NCBI GenBank assembly: GCA_963724765.1
Contig: CAVRVY010000004.1
Coordinates: 1,096,606 to 1,160,605 of the forward strand
Direction: 5' to 3'
Length of the DNA: 64,000 bases
Origin: an uncultured delta proteobacterium
GTDB taxonomy: Bacteria > Desulfobacterota > Binatia > Binatales > Binataceae
Shown here: piece by piece, positions 6,818 through 16,500 of the stretch
How positions within the stretch are numbered: the stretch's first letter is position 1
Layout: each line of letters starts with the position of its first letter
Notes under the pieces: generated by a model
The model's input: only the letters and a program-made list of their open reading frames with translations
Databases searched by the model: none
What the model was told of the DNA's origin: nothing
Position numbers and translations under genes: made by a program

Positions 6818-9169
6818 CTAGTGGTTCAACGCAGGTAGCGGAATTGTCAGAGTGTCGTAGACCGTAATTCTCGGACCGTAGGCCGCCTGGAAGATCCCGA
6901 TCCCTTCGGCAGGCCTGATCAGGTTAGTCCGGTCGAGAATGTTGAGCAGCGTGATCCGGTCCGTAATTTCGCCGATGTGCGGCAACTGAAAGCTTCTTTG
7001 TCCGCTCAGGTCGATCTGAACGACGTTCGGCAGAGATTCCAAATCGGCGAAGCCCCCGCGCAATCCACTGCTATAGAGAGCATCAACGCTGAACACATAT
7101 GGTTTCCAGCGATAGGTAGCGCCGCCCGAGGCGCCGTAGAGCGGCTGATGATCGAGCACGATATAGTGTCGGTTGATGTACCCGAGCTCGTCGGGGTCGA
7201 AGTTAAACTCCCCGGTCGCCACTCCTTTCTGCATGTTCCTGCCGATCGTAGTACTGCCATGGATTGAGAGATTGTCGGCTTTATAAGTGACCGTGGTCTC
7301 CGTCCCCCAGATGTAGCCATGCCTATAGTTGAAGGGCGCGAAAATCGGCACATCTCCGAACTGGCCCGTATCGAGGTAATGGCCCGTGTATTCATAAAAC
7401 CCATCTTCCGAGATCGCGATGTGCTTCGTCAGTTGATGTACTATACCGGCATCTAACTCATAGTCGTCCTCGGTTTCGGGCGTGACGATTCCAGTGCCTG
7501 CCAAGCCGGTGGTTCCAGCAAACGCCGCGGGGGCGCCGGGCGAGATGCCTTGAAAGCTCGGCACCTGCATGTACCGAGCAAACCCGGCGTGGAGCGTGGT
7601 GTCGAGCCGTGGGACAAAGACCAGATTGACTGTCGGATCGATTTGATTGTTGTAAGTAAAGCCGCTCAAACGATCCCAGCGTACGCCAAAATTTGCTCGT
7701 AGCTTCTCGGTGATTTGCCAGGTGTCTTCCAGATAGATCCCGGACAATAGATTGATCTTGTTGGTATTGTTTATTACCCGAACGGGAAAGAAAGGAGGTC
7801 CAGTCTGATCGCCGGCCGCATCGACGTTGAACACCAGTGAGCTGTCGTCCGCCTCGACCGCGTATTCACCAAGATAGAAGCCCGCACCGAGCGTACGTGC
7901 GCCAAGCTTGTAAGTCAGATCACCTTGAAGCGTGTTGTCGAAATCGCTGTGGAACGCGGTTGACGCCACTCCCTGATAGATGAGTTCGCCAATCCGATCG
8001 GGTTCGAATTTCTGCGAGATATAGTGGGTCGAATACGAGAGCTGGTAAGCAAGCCCGGGCTCAGGCGCTCCATTCAGTGCAAGAATGCCCAGATAGTCAC
8101 GAAAGTTCAGAAATGAGTTGATATCGGCTGACGGAAAATTGCTCACGCCGGTTAGTTCGAACTCTGGTGCGAGGTTCGCTCGATTGGGTAACTGGTTGTT
8201 GCTCGCGGCGACCGAGGTAATGAGACTCAGCCGAGTGGTCGGAGTCAAGTTGTAGGCAAAGAAGCCGAATCCCTGACCCTGATTGGTATGGTCGTGAATC
8301 GCATCCGGCGCCGGGGTAGCGGAGCTGAACGCGGTGTTGCTCTGGCTATAGAGCCCGCTGATGTAATAGCTGAAGTTACCGTCGCAGCCGCCGTACTGAA
8401 AGCTAGGCTGAACGGTATTCCGTTGCCCGCCGTACATGCTGACGCTACCGCCCGGTTGTTCGCACCCGTCCTTTGTTTGAATGTTCACCACACCGCCGGT
8501 GGCATAGCTGTAGCGCGACGGCAGAATCCCATCGAGCAGGCTCAGTTGCTTGATGAACATTGGATTGATCATGGAGAGAAAGGGCGGATTGGTATTGATG
8601 TCGAGGGGGACCATGACTCCATTGATCTGGTACTGGAATTGAGGCCCTTCCGTGTTGCGTATGTGGATCTGCTGATTCTGGTCGATCGCGACGCCGGGCA
8701 TCTGCGCCAGTACATCCGTGATCGTGGTGTTATCGCCGCGCGGTAAGTTGGAAATATCCTGTGCCGTTACGGTGTATCTGTTGGCGCCGGTGGTGGAGAC
8801 GCCGTTTGGTGCGCGAATCTGGCTGGTCTGAACGGGAAGCGTCAGCGCCGTCTGTGCGCCAAGGGTAATCGAGATCGTCTTTCCGGCACTCTGTGGAAAG
8901 ACAATAATCTTGTTTGCCGGCCTGAAGCCCGACTTTAGAGCTACCAGCGAGAAAACGCCCGGATTTGGTGGTGCGATTTTAAACCGTCCGTCTGCGCCGG
9001 TGGTGGCACGAGCGACGGCGTGGCCATGTTCGTCCTGCAATTCGAGGTTCACCTGAGCCAGAGGCCGGCCCAGCGCATCGGTGATCGTCCCGGACACTTG
9101 TTGCGCGGCGGCCAGACAGGGAGGTACAAGGCCAAGGACCAGCAGGCCCGCTAGTACCAAATGCCACAT
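6818..9169 (-). CDS. TonB-dependent receptor with N-terminal carboxypeptidase-regulatory-like domain
   Basis: Signal peptide MWHLVLAGLLVLGL...AAAQQ, then a CarboxypepD_reg-like segment (GTITDALGRPLAQVNLELQDEHG...GRFKI), a plug (NLPRGDNTTITDVLAQMPGV...GGVVNIQTK) and a long barrel. The ORF is open up to 9415, so the start is uncertain. Confidence 0.85.
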   Translation of the reverse strand: MWHLVLAGLLVLGLVPPCLAAAQQVSGTITDALGRPLAQVNLELQDEHGHAVARATTGADGRFKIAPPNPGVFSLVALKSGFRPANKIIVFPQSAGKTISITLGAQTALTLPVQTSQIRAPNGVSTTGANRYTVTAQDISNLPRGDNTTITDVLAQMPGVAIDQNQQIHIRNTEGPQFQYQINGVMVPLDINTNPPFLSMINPMFIKQLSLLDGILPSRYSYATGGVVNIQTKDGCEQPGGSVSMYGGQRNTVQPSFQYGGCDGNFSYYISGLYSQSNTAFSSATPAPDAIHDHTNQGQGFGFFAYNLTPTTRLSLITSVAASNNQLPNRANLAPEFELTGVSNFPSADINSFLNFRDYLGILALNGAPEPGLAYQLSYSTHYISQKFEPDRIGELIYQGVASTAFHSDFDNTLQGDLTYKLGARTLGAGFYLGEYAVEADDSSLVFNVDAAGDQTGPPFFPVRVINNTNKINLLSGIYLEDTWQITEKLRANFGVRWDRLSGFTYNNQIDPTVNLVFVPRLDTTLHAGFARYMQVPSFQGISPGAPAAFAGTTGLAGTGIVTPETEDDYELDAGIVHQLTKHIAISEDGFYEYTGHYLDTGQFGDVPIFAPFNYRHGYIWGTETTVTYKADNLSIHGSTTIGRNMQKGVATGEFNFDPDELGYINRHYIVLDHQPLYGASGGATYRWKPYVFSVDALYSSGLRGGFADLESLPNVVQIDLSGQRSFQLPHIGEITDRITLLNILDRTNLIRPAEGIGIFQAAYGPRITVYDTLTIPLPALNH

Positions 9170-9511
9170 TCGCCAGGGCGTTTGCTCTGCCTTTCGGCTC
9201 GTTAGGAACCTCGACCGGGGTAATCGTACGGTCGCTGCTTCGTATTCGTGGACGCTTCGCTTTGAGACGTTCATAACGCGTACTGACAATCCTCGGGGTG
9301 GCGCACCAGCCTCGCCTGCCGCGGACTTGGCGAGTGTCTCGGTACAGTTGTTGGGTTGGCTGACACGACGCTTAAGCCATGAAGCAATATTGAGAATGAT
9401 TCTCAATATCTGCATAAGCCTGATTTGTCAAATCTTCGGTACGTCGATGTGGCGAAGGCGCTGAACGTTACGCGCTGCGAGTTGCCCCGCCGGACAAGAG
9501 CCACCAATCCA

Positions 9512-9574
9512 GCAGGACGAACGCGATCGCAGCGCGTTTATGACGATTCTTACGACTTCGAATCGACGCTGAAG
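9512..9574 (+). repeat. Right copy of the 63-bp direct repeat (gene-fragment relic overlapping the ackA 3' end antisense)
   Basis: It translates in frame to QDERDRSAFMTILTTSNRR-stop, against QDERDRSALMMILTTSSPR-stop at the left copy. There is no similarity further upstream. Confidence 0.75.
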
Positions 9575-10758
9575 AAATTTTCAGGCGGCGCGAAAATCAC
9601 GCGCTCCGTGTGGCGCGCGATCATCAAGTCCTCATTGGTCGGAATGACGCGCACCGTGCACAGACTGGCCGGCGCACTGATCGGATTCGCGCATGCGTCG
9701 TTGCGCTGCGGGTCCAGTTTGATCCCCATGTACTCAAGGCCGCGGCACACCTCGAGCCTGACAGGGGCGGCCCGCTCTCCGATACCGCCGGTAAAAACCA
9801 GCAGATCGAGGCCTCCGAGCACGGCCGCCAGCGCTCCGATTTGCTTGCGCACCTGGTAGCAGAACATCTCGATCGCCAGCGCGGCAGCCGGCTCCGCCGC
9901 CCTTTTTTCCAGCAGCATTTTCACGTCGGAGCTGATTGCCGAGACACCAAGCAGGCCCGACTCGTGATTGACGAGCCGCTCCAGGCGCCGGCCGTCATAG
10001 CCCTTCGCGTTGATGAGATAAACCATCAGCCCTGGATCCAGGTCGCCGCTTCGCGTGCCCATCATGAAGCCGCCGGTCGGCGTGAAGCCCATCGTGGTAT
10101 CCACCGCGCGCCGCTCGCGCACGGCCGCCATGCTGGCGCCGTTTCCAAGGTGCGCGATTACGATGCGCGCGGGAGCCGCGGGGCCGAGCGCCTCCATGAT
10201 GTATTCGTAGGAGATCCCATGAAACCCGTAGCGCCAGATCCCCTCGTCCCACAACGCGCGAGGTAGCGCAAAACGACGCGCCACCTCGGGCATCTGCCGA
10301 TGGAAGCCGGTATCGAAGCACGCCACCTGCGGGCGGCCTGGAAACCGCGAGGCCACGGTCTCGATTCCTTCGATCTCAGCCGGAAGATGGAGCGGCGCAA
10401 AGGGAATCAGGACTCGTAATGCGTCGATGAGCGCCGGCGTGACGCGCTCGGGAGTGAAGTGGTGCGGACCGCCATGGACCAGGCGATGGCCGATGGCGTC
10501 GGGCCGCGGCAGCCGCAGCCGATCCATCTCGTCGAAAAGCGCACCGGGGGCATCCGCCGATCGCGGGAAGCTCCGCGCGGCATCGCTGAGCGTTGTGCCC
10601 TGGCGATCGCGGATCCAAAGCCGCCCGCTGCCGAGTCCTATCCCTTCCGCCTCCCCTTCGGCGAGCAGTTCCTCTCCGTTCGTGGCAAGCCGATGGAGCG
10701 CAAACTTGTCGGAGGAAGATCCGCTGTTGAAGGAAAGTATGACGTGCGAAGCATCCAC
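9550..10758 (-). CDS. ackA: Acetate kinase
   Basis: ILSFNSGSSSDKFAL, GHRLVHGG, GFHGISYEY, HLGNGASMAAV and FTGGIGE are the classical acetate/propionate kinase motifs. The ORF is 402 aa. Confidence 0.9.
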   Translation of the reverse strand: MDASHVILSFNSGSSSDKFALHRLATNGEELLAEGEAEGIGLGSGRLWIRDRQGTTLSDAARSFPRSADAPGALFDEMDRLRLPRPDAIGHRLVHGGPHHFTPERVTPALIDALRVLIPFAPLHLPAEIEGIETVASRFPGRPQVACFDTGFHRQMPEVARRFALPRALWDEGIWRYGFHGISYEYIMEALGPAAPARIVIAHLGNGASMAAVRERRAVDTTMGFTPTGGFMMGTRSGDLDPGLMVYLINAKGYDGRRLERLVNHESGLLGVSAISSDVKMLLEKRAAEPAAALAIEMFCYQVRKQIGALAAVLGGLDLLVFTGGIGERAAPVRLEVCRGLEYMGIKLDPQRNDACANPISAPASLCTVRVIPTNEDLMIARHTERVIFAPPENFFSVDSKS

Positions 10759-10854
10759 CGCGCGTAATGCCTCCGATGCGTCCCGGGCGCTATGGGCGCT
10801 GTTCGACGTTGACTTGCGCTGCCTTGCAAATTTCCCGCAAATTTTCCGCGAAGC

Positions 10855-13222
10855 TCAATGCGGCCATTTCCAGTTGCGAATCTCGGGCTGGTCGATGCCG
10901 TTGGCCAGGGCGTAGTCGAGGTTCTCGCAAATCTGGTCCTTCAGCCAGTCTTTGACGTGAGCGCCAGTGACCCGCAGCCGGGCGACGCGATCGATCGCGT
11001 CGATGGCAAGGTTGAAGCGGTCGGTCTGGTTTTCGATTGCGAGTTGGAGCGGAGTGTTGATGCTCCCGAACTCCTTGTAGCCGCGCACGTGCAGATTGAC
11101 GTGATTCGCTCTGCGGTAGGCGAGCTTGTGAATCAGCGACGCGTATCCGTGAAAATTGAAGATGACCGGCTTGTCGATCGTGAACAGGCTGTCGAAGTCG
11201 CGGTCGGTAAGACCGTGCGGATGTTCGCTGCTCGGTTAAAGCTTGAACAGGTCCACGACATTGACGAAGCGGATTTTCAGGTCGGCGATTTTCTCCCGCA
11301 ATATCGCCACCGCCGCGAGCGCCTCGATCGTCGCCACGTCGCCCGCGCTTGCGATCACCACGTCGGGCTCGGCGCCCTGGTCGTTGCTGGCCCATGACCA
11401 TAGTCCGATACCTTTGCTGCAATGTTTGATCGCGGAATCCATATCGAGAAACTGCGGATGCGCCTGCTTGTCGGCGACGATGATGTTGATGTAGTCGGTG
11501 CTGCGCAGGCAGTGATCCGCGACGCTCAAAAGGCAGTTGGCGTCGGGCGGCAGATAGATCCGCGTCACCCGAGGGCTCTTGTTGGTGACCACGTCGATGA
11601 ATCCCGGGTCCTGATGCGTGAAGCCGTTATGATCCTGACGCCACACGGTGGAACTGATCAGGATATTGAGCGAGGAAACCGGCGCCCGCCATAAAACTTC
11701 GTTTTTCGCCTTCTCCAGCCATTTGGCGTGCTGGTTCACCATCGAGTCGACGATGTGGGCGAAGGCCTCGTAGGTATTGAAGAGGACGTGGCGGCCGGTC
11801 AGCACGTAGCCTTCCATCCAGCCCTCCAGCGTGTGCTCGCTCAGCATCTCCATGACCCGGCCGTCGGGAGAGAGTTCGCCGCCGTCGGCGTCCTCGGGTT
11901 TCCTTTCGGCGAGCCAGGTTTTGCGAGAGGCCTCGTAGATCGCCTGCAACCGGTTAGACGCGGTCTCGTCGGGGCCGAAGACGCGAAAATTGTCCATGTT
12001 GTCGCGCATCACGTCGCGCAAAAACTGGCCAAGCACGTAAGTGTTTTCGGCCGCTGATTGTCCGGGCCGCGCGACTTCGAGCCGGTAATCGCGAAAATCC
12101 GGCAAGCGCAACGGGCGGCGCAGCAAGCCGCCGTTGGCGTGCGGATTGGCACTGATGCGGCGGCTTCCGGCCGGCGCGAGGGCGCGCAGTTCGGGAATCA
12201 GCCGGCCCTTCGCGTCGAAAAGATCGTGTGGCCGGTAGCTCAGCATCCATTCCTCGAGCAGTTTAAGATGCGCGGGATTTGCAACGACGTCGGGTTATCG
12301 GCACCTGATGCGCCCGCCAGGAGCCCTCGAGCTTATGGCCGTCGAACTCTTTGGGCGCGGTCCAGCCCTTCGGGGTGCGCAGTATTATCATCGGCCAACG
12401 CGGCCGGCGCGGCACCCCGGTGCGTCGCGTCTCTTCCTGGATCGCGCGAATTTCAGCGAGACAGCGTTCCAGCGTGGACGCCATCTGTTGATGCATCGTC
12501 GGCGGATCGTCGCCCTCGACCACGTAAGGCTTGTAGCCGTAGCCGACAAAAAGATTCTCGAGCTCGTCGGCCGGGATGCGGGCGAGGATTGTAGGGTTCG
12601 CGATCTTGTAGCCGTTGAGGTGCAGAATCGGCAGCACGGCGCCGTCGCGGATCGGATTGAGGAATTTGTTCGAGTGCCACGAGGTCGCCAGCGGGCCGGT
12701 CTCCGCCTCGCCGTCGCCCACCACCGCGGCCACGATCAGATTGGGATTGTCGAACGCGGCGCCGAAAGCGTGAGACAGGCTATAGCCGAGTTCCCCGCCC
12801 TCATGAATCGACCCCGGCGTCTCCGGGGTGCAATGACTGCCGATTCCTCCGGGAAACGAGAAGAGCCTGAAGAACGTTTTCAATCCCTCCTCGTCCTGGC
12901 TGCGATCGGGATAGACCTCCGTATAGGTTCCTTCGAGATAGCTGTTGGCGAGCATCGCAGGCGCGCCATGGCCGGGGCCTGAGATATAGAGCACGTTGAG
13001 GTCATACTCGCGGATGAGCCGGTTGAGGTGCACCCAGATGAAACTCTGGCCGGGGTCTGAGCCCCAATGACCGAGCAGGCGATGCTTGACGTGGTCGGGC
13101 CGCAGAGGCTCCTTCAGCAGCGGATTGTCGCGCAGGTAGAGCATCCCCACGGCCAGGTAGTTGCAGGCCCGCCAATACGCGTCGATCAGTTCTATTTGCC
13201 TGGTCGAGAGACTAACGGACAT
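10855..13222 (-). pseudogene. xfp: Xylulose-5-P/fructose-6-P phosphoketolase, disrupted by one frameshift and one in-frame TAA
   Basis: Three collinear ORF pieces (13222-12263, 12246-11236, 11235-10855) together give a roughly 789-aa phosphoketolase ([53 protein letters not shown]). The frame changes at about 12280-12300, where a C3/G3 run lies at 12292-12294. The TAA at 11236-11238 is in frame with the downstream PSSEHPHGLTDRDF. Confidence 0.85.
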
Positions 13223-13559
13223 GAACGATGCTCCGGCGCATTCTGGCGGTCGCGAATGCGGGATTTCTGTATATTCAGCTTCGCCCAATCGTGCAGGGCG
13301 GGCAATACAGCACGGCGCCAACGCTCCGTAGGCGCCGGCAGGAAGAACAAAAAAGACCAGAATAAATAAAGCCTTGCGAAATCTGTCAGTGAGAACTACG
13401 CAATTTGACCATTTGCAGATATAAATGCATTTGTATGACGCTGACAGTACGCGGCCATGACAGAGCGGTGAAAAAAGTGTCGTGTCGGGGCCTGCGGTGG
13501 AGGCTTGCCGAATCCCCTCCGACGCGTAAGCCGGGGTCTAACGACATGGTTCCGCATCC

Positions 13560-16500
13560 GTGATCGACAAGCTCAAGGCTGGCGCGCAGCGCACCTGGGC
13601 GCAGACGCTTGGCCGCGGCGGTTTCGGCGGCCGGCGTTGGATGCGCCGGACCTGCATCACCATTATCGTCGTGGTGGTGCTTTTCGGCCTCGTGGGCTTT
13701 GTCGGCGTGCCGCTGGTCGCGCAATACGTCGTGGCCGGCCGCCTGGCCGCCAGTCTCCATCGCCCCGTCAGCATGAAAAGGGTTCGCTTCAATCCTTACA
13801 GGCTGCGGCTCAGTATAAAAAACCTGCATATAGGAGATCGGGCCGCATCCGACCCCTTCGTCGACATCGGGCACATCCTGGTCAAGGTTTCGTGGACCTC
13901 GCTGTTCCGGCTGGCGCCGGTGGTCGGTGAAGTGGCAGTCGATCGTCCTGCGATTCATATCGTTCGCACCGCCGAGCAGCGTTTCAACTTCTCCGACCTG
14001 CTAGAGAGTTCGCCGACGCCCACGCCCAGCACACCCGCCAAGCCGCAGCGCTTCGCGGTATCCAACATTCAGATTCACGAGGGTCAGGTACACTTCGACG
14101 ACAAGGTGCTGAACGAGCAGCATACGCTCGAACACCTCGAGCTCGACGTCCCTTTCATCGCCAACCTGCCGGCGGACGTGAACATCTTCGTGCAGCCGCT
14201 GCTCCAGATGGTGGTCGATGGGAGCCCGCTGCGCATCGCCGGCAAGGCCAAGCCGTTCGCCGTCCCACCGGAGTCCGTGATCGATCTCAACCTTCATCGG
14301 CTGAGTCTCCCGCTCTATGTCGGCTACGCGCCCGAGAAGCTGCCGTTGAAGATTCCGCAGGGGACGCTTTCCTCCCAGTTGCAGGTGCATTTCGTCAACG
14401 CGGCGAGCGCTCCAAAGATCCGAGTGGGCGGAGAGTTGGCGCTCGACCAGCTTGACGTGCGCGACGCGGCCAATGCGCCGCTGGCCGGATTCAAACATAT
14501 GTCGGTGGTGCTGAAGGAAATCGAGCCGCTGGAGAGCATCACGCACCTGGGCAAAATATATCTCGACGGCCTGACGGTTCACGTGGTGCGCAACCCGGAC
14601 GGCACGATCAACCTGGCCTCGCTGGCGGCAAGCAAACCCGCTCCCGCCGCGGCTGCCGCCCGGGCGACGCCGGGCCCGGCCGCGGCGAGCCTTGCGGCCG
14701 CGAAGCCGTCCGCGACGCTCAATCCCACGGCCGCGAAAATGGCCGCCGCGGCAACAACTCCGGCCGCCAGCCCGACGCCCGCGGCGAACATCGCGCAGCT
14801 AACCGCGAACGCTCCCCCCGCGGCCGCGCAGAGGCCGCAACCGGCGGCCACGGCCAAGCCGTCCGCTCACGCCGATTTTTCGATGGACGTGCTGGAGCTG
14901 ACCAACGGCGCGGTGGAGATTACCGACAACAGCGCTGCGCCGCCGGCGGCGCTCGCGCTGCGCGGCCTGCACGTCGGGCTGAAGGACCTGCGGACGGTCG
15001 GCCAGAAGGCGCCGGCGCCTTTTGAGCTGGGCACGACGCTTGGCGGCGGCGGCTCGATCGCGGTCAAGGGAGCGCTCGACCTCGCGCATTCGCAGGCGAC
15101 TACGGATATCACGCTCGACGCGATCGACATCCCGGCGCTACAGGGATTCGCCGAGCCGTTTATGGCGGCCACCGTCGCCTCCGGCAAGCTGACCGCGCAT
15201 GCCAATGTCCAGACCCTCTTCGCCACCGGACGGTTCAACATACATGCGGCGCCCGCGAGCATCTCATTCGACAAGTTCGAGTTGCGCGCGCAGCACGAGA
15301 GCGTAAATCCGATCGGATGGAACAAGCTGAGCGCGTCGATTGGACAGGTCGATCTCGCTACGCATCAGGCGACGGTCACCGAAGTGCGCTCCGACGGACT
15401 GCATGTGTTCGTCCGGCGCGAGCGCAACGGCCAGTTGAGCCTCGCCTCGCTGATGCGCAGGGCCGCCTCGCCTGAGGCGGCGCCGGCCGCCGTCGCGCCC
15501 CCCGCGCGCGGACGCGCCGCGGCGCGACAGCAGCAGAAAACAACGGCCGAGAAAAAGCCGGCAACGCGCGAGCAGCGCGCGGCCGCGGCGCGCGAGCGCC
15601 GCAGGACCGGCCGGAGTAGTAAGACCGCTGCGCGCGCTCCCGCAGCCGCGCCGACACCATCGCCCGGTCAATGGCGCTACCAGGTCGCCTCCGTAGCGAT
15701 CGAAAAAACTGAAATCCGGGTCGAGGACGACATGATGCCGCGGAAGGTCGCGATGGCCGTTGTGCCGCTCAACCTTCATCTGAAAAACGTGTCGAACGAT
15801 CTCGCCAAACCGATCACGGTCGACCTCGACGGCATCCTCAACCGCAAGGGCAGCTTCAAGGTGACGGGCACGGCCGCGCCAACGCCGCTCAAACTGAATC
15901 TTCGTGTCGTCACCCGCCGCCTCGATCTCGCGCCGTTCGATCCCTACTTCACCAGCCATCTCAACACCAAGATCGCCAGCGCCGCCCTGACCATGAACGG
16001 CGCGGTCGGGGTATCCAACGAACGCAAGGTGATGCGCGTGAGCTACCGCGGCGATGCCGCACTCGGCAGCGTCAAGATGCTCGACAAGGTGACCAACGAC
16101 AGCTTTTTGCGTTGGAACTCGTTCAGTGCGAACGGAATCAATTTCAGCCTGGGCTCGGGCCCGCCAAAGGTCCATGTCGCGTCCCTCGATCTCGGCAACT
16201 TCTACGCGCGCGTCATTCTCAATGCCGACGGCCGCCTGAACCTGCGCGACGTTACGGCGAATCCGGAAGCGGCGCGGACCTCGCTCACGCGCGCGCATGG
16301 AGCGCCGGGCGCTACGGCGCCGGCGCCTGCGCTCGCACCAGCACCATCAGCGACACCCACGCCAAGTCCTTCATTAAGTCCGGCCACCGCGAGCAACGAG
16401 GCGGGCGCAACCGCACCGACGGCTGGGGCAAGTCCGGCCGCAGCGCCGAGTCCGGCTCCGCTTCCGGCCGACCTCAGAATTGGGCGGATTACGCTTCACG

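Noticed and set aside
4366-9511. The block between the 63-bp direct repeats as a mobile element or genomic island.
   Set aside because: There is no integrase, transposase, tRNA attachment site or terminal inverted repeats, and the composition looks native. I kept it only as a rearrangement or insertion-scar finding, not as a mobile_element feature.
15264-16298. Long antisense or alternative-frame ORFs, e.g. 15264-16298(-), 22904-23845(-), 27774-28943(-), 31371-32399(-), 33535-34512(-), 41455-42477(-), 42006-43037(-), the 5' part of 23164-24840(+), and the 5' part of 58525-59982(+).
   Set aside because: Their products are Arg/Ala/Gly/Pro-rich low-complexity strings with no recognisable motifs, and they lie opposite or over genes with strong family signatures. 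This is the typical stop-codon-poor artefact of high-GC DNA.
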